DNA of 64,000 bases from an uncultured Hormoscilla sp. (GTDB lineage Bacteria > Cyanobacteriota > Cyanobacteriia > Cyanobacteriales > Desertifilaceae): positions 6,688,001-6,752,000 of the forward strand of contig OZ001293.3 in the NCBI GenBank assembly GCA_963921275.4, written 5' to 3'. Below are positions 1-11,849 of the stretch, piece by piece (within the stretch, counting starts at the first letter, position 1; every line of letters begins with the position of its first letter). The notes under the pieces are model-generated. The model was given only the letters and a program-made list of their open reading frames with translations. It ran no database searches and was not told the origin of the DNA. The position numbers and the translations under genes were made by a program.

Positions 1-3000
1 ACGGCATCCGGCCTGGGGCCAAATCTTTCCTCTTAGACCTTCGGTCCGATGGCATCAAACAGATCGGCGAACTTCTCCGACAGCATCGAGAAACCGAGGT
101 TCTGCACCTACTTTCCCACGGCAGCCCTGGCTGTCTGTATCTGGGAAACTCCCAACTGAGTTTAGATACTCTAGGAGATTACGCCTCTACCCTGCAGAAG
201 TGGAAAGTAAAACAACTCCTACTCTACGGCTGTAACGTCGCCGCCGGAGATGCAGGAGAGGAGTTGATGACTAAGCTACAGGCCCTGACCGGGGCATCCC
301 TCGCCGCCTCTACTACCCGGACAGGGGCAGCAGCCCGGGGCGGAAATTGGAAGTTGGAGTGGCGAACTCCGGGGATGAAAACTCCCTTAGCATTGTCCGC
401 AGAAGCTCAGATGGCCTATGGGGGCATATTGATCTCCCAGCAGGAGTATCAGGCCTTAAGGGCTCTCTATCAAAGCACCAATGGAACTTCTTGGATTAAC
501 AATACAGGCTGGCGGGACTGGAATTTCAACAGCCCAACTCCCCCCAATGATTCTGTTTTTAATCGTTGGCATGGAGTGACGGTAGTTAACGACAGGTGAC
601 GAAACTCTGGCTGTTCTCCAACCAACTGACTGGCAGCATCCCGACGGAGTTAGGGAATCTTTCCAATTTGAACAATCTCGCGCTGTTCGACAACCAACTG
701 ACTGGCAGCATCCCGACGGAGTTAGGGAATCTTTCCAATTTGGAGTTTCTCTGGCTGTACTCCAACCAACTGACTGGCAGCATCCCGACGGAGTTAGGGA
801 ATCTTTCCAATTTGGAGTTTCTCTACCTGAACAACAACCTCCTGACTGGCACCATCCCCCAAGGGGGTCATAGATTTGAGGGCTAACAAGCAATTGGAAA
901 ACCCCCCTTATGTTTTAACCGAGATTCCCGACGTCCAACTCTTGCTAGGTAATAACCTCAACATAGACATTAGCGCAAATTTCGGCGACATCAATAACAA
1001 CATCAACAACTACACAGCTACCGGTTTACCAGGGGGCGTAACCATCAACTCTCAGGGAGTTATCAGCGGTATCCCTACTACCGCAGACACCTTTACCGTG
1101 ACGGTAACCGCCATCGACAGAGCGAAATCTGAAGTGACAGATACCTTTGATATTGTTATAAAGAACTCCCCTCCTACCGATCTAGAACTCAGCAGCAGTA
1201 GCATTGATGAAAATTCCCCTGATAATGCAGTCGTAGGGACTTTCTCAACTATCGATCCTGACTCTTCCGATACCTTTACCTACCAGTTAGTCACAGGCGA
1301 CGGTGACAATAATAACGAAGCCTTCACCATAGAAGGGAACTCACTGCAAATTAACAGTTCCCCTGACTTTGAGACCAAGTCGAGTTACAGCATCCGCGTC
1401 CAAACTACCGACTCTACTGGGAACAGTTACTCTGAGGCCTTTACTATTAACGTCAATGATGTTGCCGAACGTCCCACCGACATCGAACTCTCTAGCAACA
1501 GCATTGATGAAAACTCCCCTGATAATGCAGTCGTGGGGACTTTCTCCACTAGCGACGAAGATAATGGAGATACCTTTACCTACCAGTTAGTCACAGGCGA
1601 CGGTGACGATGATAACGACGCCTTCACCATAGAAGGGAACTCACTGCAAATTAACAGTTCCCCTGACTTTGAGACCCAGTCCAGTTACAGCATCCGCGTC
1701 CAGACTACTGATGCTGGTGGGCTTAGTTACTCGGAGGCTTTTACTATTAATGTCAACAATGTCAACTCCTCTCCTACCGACCTAGTCCTTAGCAACAGCA
1801 GCATTGATGAAAACTCCCCTGATAATGCAGTCGTAGGGACTTTCTCAACTACCGATCCTGACGCTGACGATACCTTTACCTATCAGTTAGTCTCCGGCGC
1901 CGGTGCTGATGATAACGCCGCCTTCACCATAGTAGGGGACCAATTGCGAATTAACAGTTCTTTGGACTTTGAGACCCAGTCCAGTTACCTCATCCGCGTC
2001 CAAACTACCGACTCTGCTGAGGTCAGTTACTCGGAGGTCTTCATGATTAACGTCAATGATGTTGCCGAGTCTCCTACGGACATAGTCCTTAGCAACCGCC
2101 GCATCAACAATAGCATCAATGAAAACTCTCCATTGGGTGCAGTTGTGGGGACTTTCTCTACTGCCGATCCTGACGATGGAGATAGCTTTACCTACGAGTT
2201 AGTCTTCGGCAACAATGCTTTTACTATAGTAGGGGACCAACTGCTAACTAACAGTTCTTTGGACTTTGAGACTCAGTCGAGTTACATCATCTTCGTTCAA
2301 ACTACCGACTCTGCTAATAATGCTTTGGAGTCGGTCTTGATTATTGACGTGAATGATGTTGCCGAATCTCCGACGGCGATCAATCTCAGCAGCAGCAGTA
2401 TTGATGAAAACTCGCCATTGGGTGCAGTTGTGGGGACTTTCAGAACTACTGACCCCGAGGATGGAGATAGCTTTACTTATATGCTTGTCTCAGGCGTTGG
2501 TGATGATGATAATGACGCTTTCACCATAGTAGGGGACTCACTGCGAATTAACAGTTCTTTGGACTTTGAGACTCAGTCGAGTTATAGCCTCCGCGTCCAG
2601 ACTACTGATGCTACTGGGGCCAGTTATGAGTCGGCTTTGACTATTAGCGTCATTGATGTTGCCGAACCTCCGACGGACATCAACCTCAGCAGCAGCAGCA
2701 TCAACGAAAATTCTCCATTGGGTGCAGTTGTGGGGACTTTGTCTACTAGCGATCCCGACGAGGGAGATAGCTTTACCTATATGCTTGTCTCGGGCAACAA
2801 TGCTTTTACTATAGTAGGGGACCAACTGCTAACTAACAGTTCTTTGGACTTTGAGACTCAGTCGAGTTACAGCCTCCGCGTCCAGACTACTGATGCTACT
2901 GGGGCCAGTTATGAGTCGGCTTTGACTATTAGCGTCATTGATGTTGCCGAACCTCCGACGGACATCAACCTCAGCAGCAGCAGCATCAACGAAAATTCTC

Positions 3001-4763
3001 CATTGGGTGCAGTTGTGGGGACTTTGTCTACTAGCGATCCCGACGAGGGAGATAGCTTTACCTATATGCTTGTCTCGGGCAACAATGCCTTTACTATAGT
3101 AGGGGACCAACTGCTAACTAACAGTTCTTTGGACTTTGAGACTCAGTCGAGTTACAACCTCCGCGTCCAGACTACTGACTCTGCTAGTAATAGTTTTGAG
3201 GAGGTCTTGACTATTAATGTTATAGATCTGGCAGAGAATTCTTCTCCTACCGATATAGTTCTTAGCAGCAGCAGCATCAACGAAAATTATTCATTGGGTA
3301 CAGTTGTGGGGACTTTGTCTACTAGCGATCCCGACGAGGGAGATAGCTTTACCTATATGCTTGTCTCGGGCAACAATGCCTTTACTATAGTAGGGGACCA
3401 ACTGCTAACTAACAGTTCTTTGGACTTTGAGACTCAGTCCAGTTACAGCCTCCGCGTCCAGACTACTGACTCTGCTAATAACAGTTATTCGGAGGTCTTG
3501 ACTATTAACGTGAATGATGTTGCAGAGAATTCCCCTCCTACTGATATAATTCTTAGCAGCAGCATCAATATCAACGAAAACTCCCCAGCCAATACTGTCG
3601 TGGGGACTTTCGGAACTACTGACCCCGACGAGGGAGATAGCTTTACCTACATGCTTGTCTCCGGCAACAATGCCTTCACCATAGTAGGGAACCAACTGCG
3701 AATTAACAATTCCCCTGACTTTGAGACTCAGTCCAGTTACAGCCTCCGCGTCCAGACTACCGACTCGACTGGGGCCAGTTACTCGGAGGTCTTGATTATT
3801 AACGTCAACGATGTCGGCGAGTCTCCTACCGACCTAGTCCTTAGCAGCAGCAGCATCAATGAAGATTCCCCTGAGGGTGCAGTTGTGGGGACTTTGTCTA
3901 CTAGCGATCCCGATAATGGAGATACTTTTACTTACCAGTTAGTCTCGGGCGACGGTGACGATGATAATGCTGCTTTCACTATAGTAGGGAACCAACTGCG
4001 AATTAACAGTTCTCCGGATTTTGAGACTCAGGAGATTTACAGGATATTCGTTCAGACTACCGACTTGACTGGGAACAGTTACTCGGAGGCTTTGATTATT
4101 AATGTGAACAATATTGCTGAGTCTCCTACTGATATAGTTCTTAGTAATGGCAGCATTAATTCTAATTCCCGTGTGGGTGCGATCGTGGGGACTTTCGGAA
4201 CTAGCGATCCGGACGGGGGAAATACCTTTACCTACCGGTTAATCTCTGGTTTTGGTGACGATGATAACGCTGCTTTCACTATAGTAGGGGACCAATTGCT
4301 AATTAACAGTTCTCCGGCTTTGGAGATGAGGTCGAGTTACAGCATCCGCGTTCAGACTATTGACGTTACTGGGGCCAGTTACTCGGAGGCTTTGATTATT
4401 AATGTGAACGATGTTGCCGAATCTCCTGCTGACCTTAACTTCAGCAATACTCGTCAACCCCTAACTTTCAACCCCCAACCCCTAACTTTATCACTCTTTG
4501 AGAAGGAGGAGGAGGACACTCTGATCGGCGGGGAGGGAAGCGATACCCTCCACGGAGGAGAGGACGCCGATCTTTTTGTCTTGGGGTCGGGCATGGGCTG
4601 GGATACTATCATAGACTTTGAAGATGGCACGGACTTTATCAGGCTAGCAGGAGGTTCTCAGGGCCTCGATACCTGGATTAATTTTGAATCGAAAACCATG
4701 GCCACCCTTCCGGGGATTGATGAGACCCTGATTAATGTCGATGATTTCACTGTGGTTAATTGA
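1..4763 (+). CDS. Large secreted adhesin-like protein, 5' end outside window: DUF4347-like N-terminus, 24-aa LRRs, Ig-like domain, 11 cadherin-like repeats, RTX-like C-terminal tail; two single-base frameshifts
   Basis: Upstream frame reads HGSPGCLYLG...LLLYGCNVAAG...GGNWKLE (DUF4347-like). ORF 596-886 has NQLTGSIPTELGNLSNL LRRs. ORF 876-4763 has 11 repeats with DFETQSSY-type cores and a DTLIGGEGSDTLHGG...DTIIDFEDGTD tail. Frame breaks near 595 and at the G5 run 863-867; the paralogue at the far end is continuous across the latter junction. Confidence 0.85.
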
Positions 4764-5279
4764 AGTTTACCACGATTGGGGGAACCTCAATGCCTTCGCG
4801 ATGCCTTCCGGGTTTTCGCCGTGCGTCCGGAAGGCATCGTAGGTTGCCTGCGTTGCATCCCGAAGGCATCGAAGGGGCGATCTAGTTGAAAGCTCCGACC
4901 CTCTACCTCCTACTTTGGCAATCGCGATGGGGAGGACATCGATAGAAAAGAAGCATACAGCAGACTGTAGGAGACTCTTTGTGGCAGTATTATCTTGCGG
5001 TTCGGTGGAGCTAGGGCCCAATTTACTTCGATTCGAGAATCACTGTATATCATCAACCCCCAACCCCCAACCCCGGGCTTACAGGGGTATGTTTTTAGGG
5101 CACCTACGAAAGAATGAGAGTTTCAGCGCTATCAATCTCCTAATGGTGTTTGTCAGTAGATGAAAGAAACTTTTTTATCCCTGTTGTCCGGATGAAATCG
5201 GACCATATCCCCTATTCCCTCCTCTGCTTGTTTCCTCGGTATTTTGGGTACCAGTTCTGGCTGCTTAGAGTTTACCATA

Positions 5280-6019
5280 TTAAAAGGGTAGGTCATCCAA
5301 ATCGGCATCTGTCCAATCCGATTTTTCCGGAACGGTATGGCCCCTTAGATCCTGCTCTGGTAATTCTATCACGGCAGCGATCAACTTCCAGCAGGGGTCG
5401 CCTCCTTCCCAATTATCGGGTCGCCAGGGCATACTCAGACTAACGGTCACTAAGCAGGGCTGTTCTAAACGATAGCCCAACTCCAAATGTCTGGTAAATA
5501 TGGGGTCGGTAATGGTTGCGGTCAGTCTTTTACCCTTATCTGTCACTAAGTCACCTTCCCATTTCTTTGCCCCTGGAAATCGCTACCTTTAGTCCTAGCT
5601 GAGAATCTTACCGCTTTCACCAGTTGGAGAGTGATTCTCTGTTCTCCTGGTAAGGACTGCAACCAATCCACGGTAACATAGCGACGGTCATTGTGGAGAA
5701 TATCTGTGTCCTTACTGCAATATTGACTCGCCTCTTGGGGAGTCACCTGTCCGATTTTTCGCGATTTCCCGGGCAAGATGTCTTGATTTTCACTTTCAAA
5801 GCCAAAGTCTTCTCCTGTTTTGGCCAGGGGGATTTCCAGCAGGTCTAATAATGCTGGTTCTCTCCTGTTTATCTGGCGCATTTCTTTGGGAACGCGACCG
5901 TCAGGTAAACTGGAAGTTGGCCGCACCCATTTGCCGGTCCGGGGATTGATGCCAGCAATGCATCTATCTCTATGTTTCCATGAATTCGCCAAACAGATTA
6001 TCCTGGTTAAAGATGACAT
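5280..6019 (-). CDS. Probable dual OB-fold domain protein, split by one frameshift near 5570
   Basis: N-terminus IICLANSWKHRDRCIAG...WVRP and C-terminus ITDP...VSLSMPW...CWKLIAAVI resemble the dual-OB family; the alternative frame KKWEGDLV joins the two ORFs. Confidence 0.6.
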
Positions 6020-6453
6020 ATGTTAACATTCCCCCATTTTTCGTGCAAGTATTCTGCTACTAAGCGGCGATGACAGTGATGCGGTTGGGCTTCGCTGCAC
6101 AGCAAACAGCTACTTTCTACTATCTCTGGGGAGATTTTATCTTCTATTTGCCGTGACTCCATTAATTCCAAAAATCTTTGCTCGTAGGTTTCCCAATCAC
6201 CTCCTTTTTTCTTATATTCCTCTAGCATCTCTTTGGTTGGTGCTAAGTCTATCGCGTGTTGGTACTCTATCTTACAGATAGTTTTGAGGAAATACTCTAG
6301 GTCTTTGCGCTTGGCAAATCCTGCTAGTTGGGAAACGTTATTCAGTCTGGTGTTTAGCACTCGTTTAACCCCAGACTTGCTCAGACTTTCAAAGAATTCT
6401 TGGGCTGTCTTCTTGGTAAAACCAATCGTGTATAGGTTAATGGCATCAGTCAT
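6007..6453 (-). CDS. DUF488 family protein
   Basis: LYTIGFTKK...LLCSEAQPHHCHRRLVAEYL motifs. Confidence 0.85.
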   Translation of the reverse strand: MTDAINLYTIGFTKKTAQEFFESLSKSGVKRVLNTRLNNVSQLAGFAKRKDLEYFLKTICKIEYQHAIDLAPTKEMLEEYKKKGGDWETYEQRFLELMESRQIEDKISPEIVESSCLLCSEAQPHHCHRRLVAEYLHEKWGNVNICHL

Positions 6454-7084
6454 GTGATTTCTCTACGTAGGCAATGCGATCGCCCTGTTGATGATAAGCT
6501 AATCTCAGCCTCTCAGAACGGGAACGATCGTCCTTAGCTGATTGTTGGTCAAAGAGGGACAGTTGCTGGGGTTTATTGACGGTAGCATCGTCTAAACTGT
6601 GGGCAGCTAACAACCGAGTTTCCAGTTGCTGATGGGATTCTAATTGGCCATCTTTAAGAATATGATTGATGTCCAAGTCATATTCTCGTAGATGCTGGCA
6701 AACCAGAATGGCCCGATGGCAGGTCATGGGGTCTTTCTCCGCACACATGAGGGCAATTCTATAATTTTGCACCCCTTTGAGGAGGCGCTGAATTCCTCGG
6801 CTAAAGTCGGGGGTGGCGGCGATGCGATCGTATATAGCTTTACCATCTAGGTAACAGTCGGGGTTGCGAGGTCTGGCCCCTAACTCTTGACCCAGAAAGG
6901 CATAACCAATGTCGGCCTGCTGCAGGGATGCGGCTAAGGAAGACTTGTTAAAATGGGATAAATGGCGGCTGTAAGGATGCGATCGCACGTCAGCCAAAGC
7001 AGTAATGCGATGTTGTTGCAGCAAAGCCAGGAAAGCATCCAGGCTATGATTAGAGTGACCGATGGTAAAAACTTCCTTAGTCAT
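6446..7084 (-). CDS. DUF488 family protein
   Basis: FTIGHSNH...DVRSHPYS...[13 protein letters not shown] motifs; ATG at 7084 overlaps the HxlR stop (ATGACTAA). Confidence 0.85.
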   Translation of the reverse strand: MTKEVFTIGHSNHSLDAFLALLQQHRITALADVRSHPYSRHLSHFNKSSLAASLQQADIGYAFLGQELGARPRNPDCYLDGKAIYDRIAATPDFSRGIQRLLKGVQNYRIALMCAEKDPMTCHRAILVCQHLREYDLDINHILKDGQLESHQQLETRLLAAHSLDDATVNKPQQLSLFDQQSAKDDRSRSERLRLAYHQQGDRIAYVEKSHD

Positions 7085-7421
7085 TTTTGCTCTCCAAATA
7101 CCGAAGGCCCCAATCATGCATAGCATAGATAATGGGTTTGAGGGCTTTGCCCAAGGGAGTCAGGGAATATTCCACCTTGGGGGGCACTTGCGGATAGACT
7201 TCTCGATGGATAATAGCATCTTGTTCGAGTTCCCGCAACTGCTGGGTAAGCATTTTCTGGGTAATGCCGGTCAGGGCCCGATGGAGTTGGCCAAAGCGCT
7301 TAACGCCGTCGAACAGTTCCCGCAGGATCAAGACTTTCCAGCGTCCGCCAATGACGCGGATAGTAGTTTCCACCGCACAGGTGAGGCGAGAATGAGGTTG
7401 GGTTTGAGCGTCCATAGTCAC
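7077..7421 (-). CDS. HxlR-family winged-helix transcriptional regulator
   Basis: CAVETT...[10 protein letters not shown]...[11 protein letters not shown]...[13 protein letters not shown]; divergent from a pirin gene, a common arrangement. Confidence 0.9.
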   Translation of the reverse strand: MTMDAQTQPHSRLTCAVETTIRVIGGRWKVLILRELFDGVKRFGQLHRALTGITQKMLTQQLRELEQDAIIHREVYPQVPPKVEYSLTPLGKALKPIIYAMHDWGLRYLESKND

Positions 7422-7789
7422 CTTTTGGGTAGTATCCCACTTTTAAGTGCCTTCTTTACAGTTGTACTGTACCTGATTACAGTTGAGATATACTGCGAAT
7501 GGTCAGAAACTGCGCTTCTAAGAGCAGCCAATATGTCCGAAACGTGGGGGGAGCATAATTGAGAGATCCTTGTAAGTTAAGAGTAACACCCCCCGTTAGC
7601 GTAGCGGCGCGACGCAGGAGCGCTAGCAATCTCCGGCGGGTAGGAGATTGCTTCGGGGGGTCAGACTGTTGTGCTGACTACAGTTACTGCTTTGAGATCC
7701 CCCCTCGCTCCAGACACCAACAATGTCTCTTTCGCGCAAGTCGCTCCCTTTCAAAGTATAGTAAGAAGTATCGCAGCAGGTGAAATCAG

Positions 7790-8440
7790 ATGAGTAACGC
7801 AACCCTGAATCAGAAGCATCTAGCCATCCGCAAAGGGACAGAAAGAGGACAGGCAATCACGGTTGGCTGAAATCATATCATACATTCTCCTTCGCCAACT
7901 ATTATGATCGCAATTATATGGGATATGGAGATCGTCTCTTATGTGCTAGAAGGTGCCCTAGAACACAAGGATAGCATGGGCAATGGTTCGGTAATTAAGC
8001 CCGGTGATGCCCAGATCATGAGTGCTGGTACGGGCATTACTCACAGCGAGTATAACCATTCTGACAGGGAGTTGGTGCATTTTCTGCAAATCTGGGTGCA
8101 GCCAAATGTGACAGGACTATCCCCCAGGTACGAACAGAAGTTTTTTCCAGAAGAGTCAAAACTAAATCAGTTGCGACTGATAGTTTCGACTGACGGACGG
8201 GAGGGTTCGATTACTATTCATCAAGATGTGAATATCTACGATTCTCTGTTGGAGGCGGGCCAGGAAATTGTCTATCAGGGGAAACCCGATCGCCATGTCT
8301 GGGTGCAGGTGGCCAGGGGTAAAATGATGCTGGAGGAGGAGTTGCTAAAAGCTGGTGACGGTGCAGCGGTGAGTGCAGCAGAATCTCTGCAACTTGTGGG
8401 TAAGGAAAAGGCGGAATTTCTGCTTTTTGACCTCGCTTGA
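7790..8440 (+). pseudogene. Pirin family protein with frameshift and internal deletion
   Basis: HGWLKSYHTFSFANYYD followed directly by DMEIVSYVLEGALEHKDSMG; the usual intervening segment with the HPH metal ligands is absent. Confidence 0.75.
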
Positions 8441-8600
8441 TATTTCCCGCTTTTCCGACAGCCCGCCGGGGGTTGCAAACCCCTCGCGTAGGCCATAAAC
8501 CAGGTCCAGGTTTTTACAAAAAACCTGGTTTCTTGAATTATCATCATGTGATTAAACGGGCGCTCTCCCCCTTTGATGACTCCCTAGTTAGTTATACTAT

Positions 8601-9313
8601 TCATTCCTGAGGAAGGTTGATTTTAATTAATTTTCCTTTTAAGATGGAAATTGCCTCATTAATGCGTGTGGCCAGTCTTTCAAAGTTGAGGTATTCTGTA
8701 CAGACAACGATTCCTGCATGGTTAGGATCTAATCGATGCAGTCGAATGAAATGACGACGATTGCGCGTCAAAACAGCGCGATTCTGGCTGACTGCAAAAG
8801 CCAGAACTTCCTCATCGGGAATGCCTAAATTAGCATTTCCTGCTGCTTTTGCTGTTAATACATCGTGACCTAAACTACTCATCCCGAGAGTGCGATCGAT
8901 CGCCAGGGACCAAACGGGAATGCGAGTATTGCCCCCACATACGCCCTTACCATTACTCACATCTTTCTTAAACTACCTGAAAGCATTACGGCGCAAGCTT
9001 TTCGAGACTTGCCGATTGGAGTTGGGCAAGACATTAATCTCTCTCTGATTCTTGATAAATTCTGATAGCGCTGCGCCCCCAGCGCAGCCATGTATTATTG
9101 AGAATGCCCCACGAATTAATGAGGGTTCCAGCCTCCGGAGTGGCCAGAGCGAGAAATGTTAAGAAAGATGTGAGTAAAGCATAGCACATACGCCAGGGGT
9201 TTTTTTATTCCCAATGACCCGTTGGTTAATGTTTGCGTTAAGGTCTCGATCGCGGATGCCTTTTGCGAGGGACTCAAGGCAAGTAGTTGGTTTTTGAGTT
9301 CTGTCACTGTCAT
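8601..9313 (-). pseudogene. Degraded DUF433 antitoxin / DUF5615 PIN-like toxin pair, MITE-interrupted and fused by deletion
   Basis: DUF433 N-terminus (to IKK) resumes as GVCGGNTRIPVW after the 239-bp insertion, then runs straight into the DUF5615-like LGHDVLT...DEEVLAFA...VLTRNRRHF...HAGIV. Confidence 0.7.
8946..9184. mobile_element. MITE, 239 bp, with 10-bp target-site duplication
   Basis: Terminal inverted repeats with core TTACTCACATCTTTCTTAA; CACATACGCC duplicated at 8936-8945 and 9185-9194; no transposase. Confidence 0.85.
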
Positions 9314-9554
9314 AGTTTATCTTGCTAATTAAGCATCGTTACCATTACTTTATTCTCACATCTTACACCTTTTACTCTACAAGGCCGAGCGCATGTATGG
9401 GCCGATCGCATGTATGGGCCGATCGCGCGTGGACCAGAAACCGGGTTTCTTTTACTAAATCTGGAGCCACTAGCGACAATTATCTCTCATTACCCGGTTT
9501 CTTAGTCTTAGCGGACGGAGCGATCGCATCTATGGAGCGATCGCATGTATGGGC

Positions 9555-9925
9555 CGATCGCATCTGGTAGGGGCACAGCGTCAGCGTATCAGAAAATTGA
9601 CTGCTTCACCCGACAATTTATGTTCCTCCGTGCCCCGTTGATGGCCGATCGCATGTATTGGGCATGACGTTGGGGCGATCGCATCTGGTAGGGGCACAGC
9701 GTCAGCGTATCAGAAAATTGACTGCTTCACCCGACAATTTATGTTCCTCCGTGCCCCGTTGATGGCCGATCGCATGTATTGGGCATGACGTTGGGGCGAT
9801 CGCATCTGGTAGGGGCACAGCGTCAGCGTATCAGAAAATTGACTGCTTCACCCGACAATTTATGTTCCTCCGTGCCCCGTTGATGGCCGATCGCATGTAT
9901 TGGGCATAACGTTGGGGCGATCGCA
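9555..9925. repeat. Three tandem copies of a 121-bp REP-like/HIP1-containing unit
   Basis: GGTAGGGGCACAGCG starts at 9566, 9687 and 9808 (period 121); each unit has a GGGGCAC...GTGCCCC stem; a degenerate fourth copy starts near 9946. Confidence 0.9.
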
Positions 9926-10246
9926 TGTATGGAACAAACGTATCGGGTAGGGGCACAGCGAAAATTAACTGCTTTACCAGACTCGGCGACGCCGTGCCCT
10001 GGATGTTTATGGTCGATCGCATGTATGTGACGGTTTATGATCGATCGCATGTATTGGGCATCGCGGGTGGGGCATCACCTTTGTTTCTTTTACCAAATCT
10101 TGCTCCTGACGTCACAATTAGCTCTCATTACCCGGTTTCTTGGTCTCAGGTGACGGGCGATCGCGCGCGGGTAATCGTTCGGGCAAGATTGAGAATGTTT
10201 ATACTAGAATTTGCTCTTTCAATTGTAAGGTCTGAAGATTTAAGAC

Positions 10247-10696
10247 TCAATGCCGATCGTCCAGCAAGCGAATCAGCAAATCATCGTCCTTGACTGTGAT
10301 ATCGGCTGCAATTTCTGGCAAACCCTCCAGACAACGAATCGAACAATCAGAGTTATTAAATAGTAACAGATCCAGTTCAGTCAAGACAACGGTGCAGTCA
10401 TCTAAAGCTATAATGTCAAACAGGGGAGTTAGCAGAGACAGGGATAGTGTAATATGACCATCTTGCAGGTCAATTGCTGCTAACCTTTGATCGACTCCCA
10501 CCCAAAGATGGGCTCCATCTTTGTCAATAGTAGTCACTGGTTGAATAATGGCGCTGCTTCTCCAACTGAGTCCGTAAGGCCCTATGCTTTGACCCAAATC
10601 TAACAAAGCAAATTGTCTCGCGTGGTCGTGAACGATAACCCGCCGCGCCCCTTCTAGCTGCTTGAATTCTGCTTCACTGATGGGTTTAATTTTCAT
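10247..10696 (-). CDS. Hypothetical protein
   Basis: 149-aa ORF with upstream AGGAGG; no recognised motif. Confidence 0.6.
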   Translation of the reverse strand: MKIKPISEAEFKQLEGARRVIVHDHARQFALLDLGQSIGPYGLSWRSSAIIQPVTTIDKDGAHLWVGVDQRLAAIDLQDGHITLSLSLLTPLFDIIALDDCTVVLTELDLLLFNNSDCSIRCLEGLPEIAADITVKDDDLLIRLLDDRH

Positions 10697-10820
10697 CTTT
10701 CCTCCTGATATATTTAGGCGATCGCGGGTGTGGCATCACCTTTGTTTCTTTTACCAAATCTGGCTCATGACGCCACAATTATCTCCTCCAAACCCGGTTT
10801 CTTATCTGGTCAAGAATAAT

Positions 10821-11210
10821 TCAAGGAATGAACAACCGGCCCAAATTATTATCAAGTTCCATGGCAATCTCAATTATCTGTATAGCACATCTTTCACGAT
10901 ATTCTGCTTGGGTGATGCGAGAGGTGCGTCCAATGGTGAGTACTGGCAAAGATGTCAGAGTATTCTCCTCACGAATAGTTTGTTCCAAAGAGTCTGGACC
11001 GTCCATATTACGATTGTCTGTTAATACGATCATCTGGTTTGTTTGGGCAAATCGCCAAACCGAGCGGTCTGTACTATCTTCGGGGAGATCTACATCTGTA
11101 AAGAACAGTAATTGCATTGGGAAAAAATCTAGCCAACCTCCTGCACTCAAAGCACCCCATAACAATAATGCTTGTCCTTCAATGTTGTGGTCTGCTAAAA
11201 TTGTAATCAT
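10821..11210 (-). CDS. DUF5615-like PIN-fold putative toxin
   Basis: ILADHNIEG...DRSVWRFAQ...VLTDNRN; ATGA overlap with the upstream DUF433 gene. Confidence 0.7.
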   Translation of the reverse strand: MITILADHNIEGQALLLWGALSAGGWLDFFPMQLLFFTDVDLPEDSTDRSVWRFAQTNQMIVLTDNRNMDGPDSLEQTIREENTLTSLPVLTIGRTSRITQAEYRERCAIQIIEIAMELDNNLGRLFIP

Positions 11211-11572
11211 GTTTGGGAGAGGGTCTTTTGACGAGAACGCAGCTTTTCAAGTAGTTCAGAGCGCAACTGAGTCAAGGACTTCTGGGAACGATCTAGGTCG
11301 CGGGAGTTGTTTCGCTCTTCCCAATAGCGCCTGATTTCTTCACCTTGCTGGATTACCTGTTGATATTCTCGTTCTACCCGATCGCGATGAGCGTCTATAT
11401 AAGCTAGGACATCGGCCATTTGATTATCTGTCAAGTTAAACCAATCCCGGATCAGATTTGGCGGCCAATCCTCATGCAGATAATCGAGGATGGCGTACAA
11501 TGTGATCCGCGTTCCGGCTATTGATAGACCGCGACTCGTGTAGATTACTGTGGGCTGCTTGCTATCGGTCAT
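11207..11572 (-). CDS. DUF433 family putative antitoxin
   Basis: RGLSIAGTRITLYAILDYL...QMADVLAYI motif. Confidence 0.8.
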   Translation of the reverse strand: MTDSKQPTVIYTSRGLSIAGTRITLYAILDYLHEDWPPNLIRDWFNLTDNQMADVLAYIDAHRDRVEREYQQVIQQGEEIRRYWEERNNSRDLDRSQKSLTQLRSELLEKLRSRQKTLSQT

Positions 11573-11849
11573 TGAGTTACTACATCTCCTATCTGACTGC
11601 TTAATTGCTTATTTTAGCTAACTACCTGCTAGTTAGCTACTCATCAAAGCTGAATTACAACTTGTTGGCGAGGAACTGTCAATCGATCGACTTGCGGTGA
11701 GCGAAGTCGAACTGCTGCAATCACCTCGATCGTCTGCTTGAGGTTGGGTTTGATTATATTTGGTAGCACTGCTCTATTTTAGCACATGGCTGTACTATTT
11801 AAAGAAAATATTTACTGCTTGACGCCAGGAAAGATTGTCACCTACGGCT

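Noticed and set aside
456..3695. Antisense repeat ORFs (e.g. 456-893, 2538-2825, 2829-3110, 3405-3695; also 63552-63848)
   Set aside because: Shadow frames of LRR and cadherin repeats.
9555..9925. CRISPR array
   Set aside because: Whole 121-bp units are repeated with no unique spacers, and there are no cas genes in the window.
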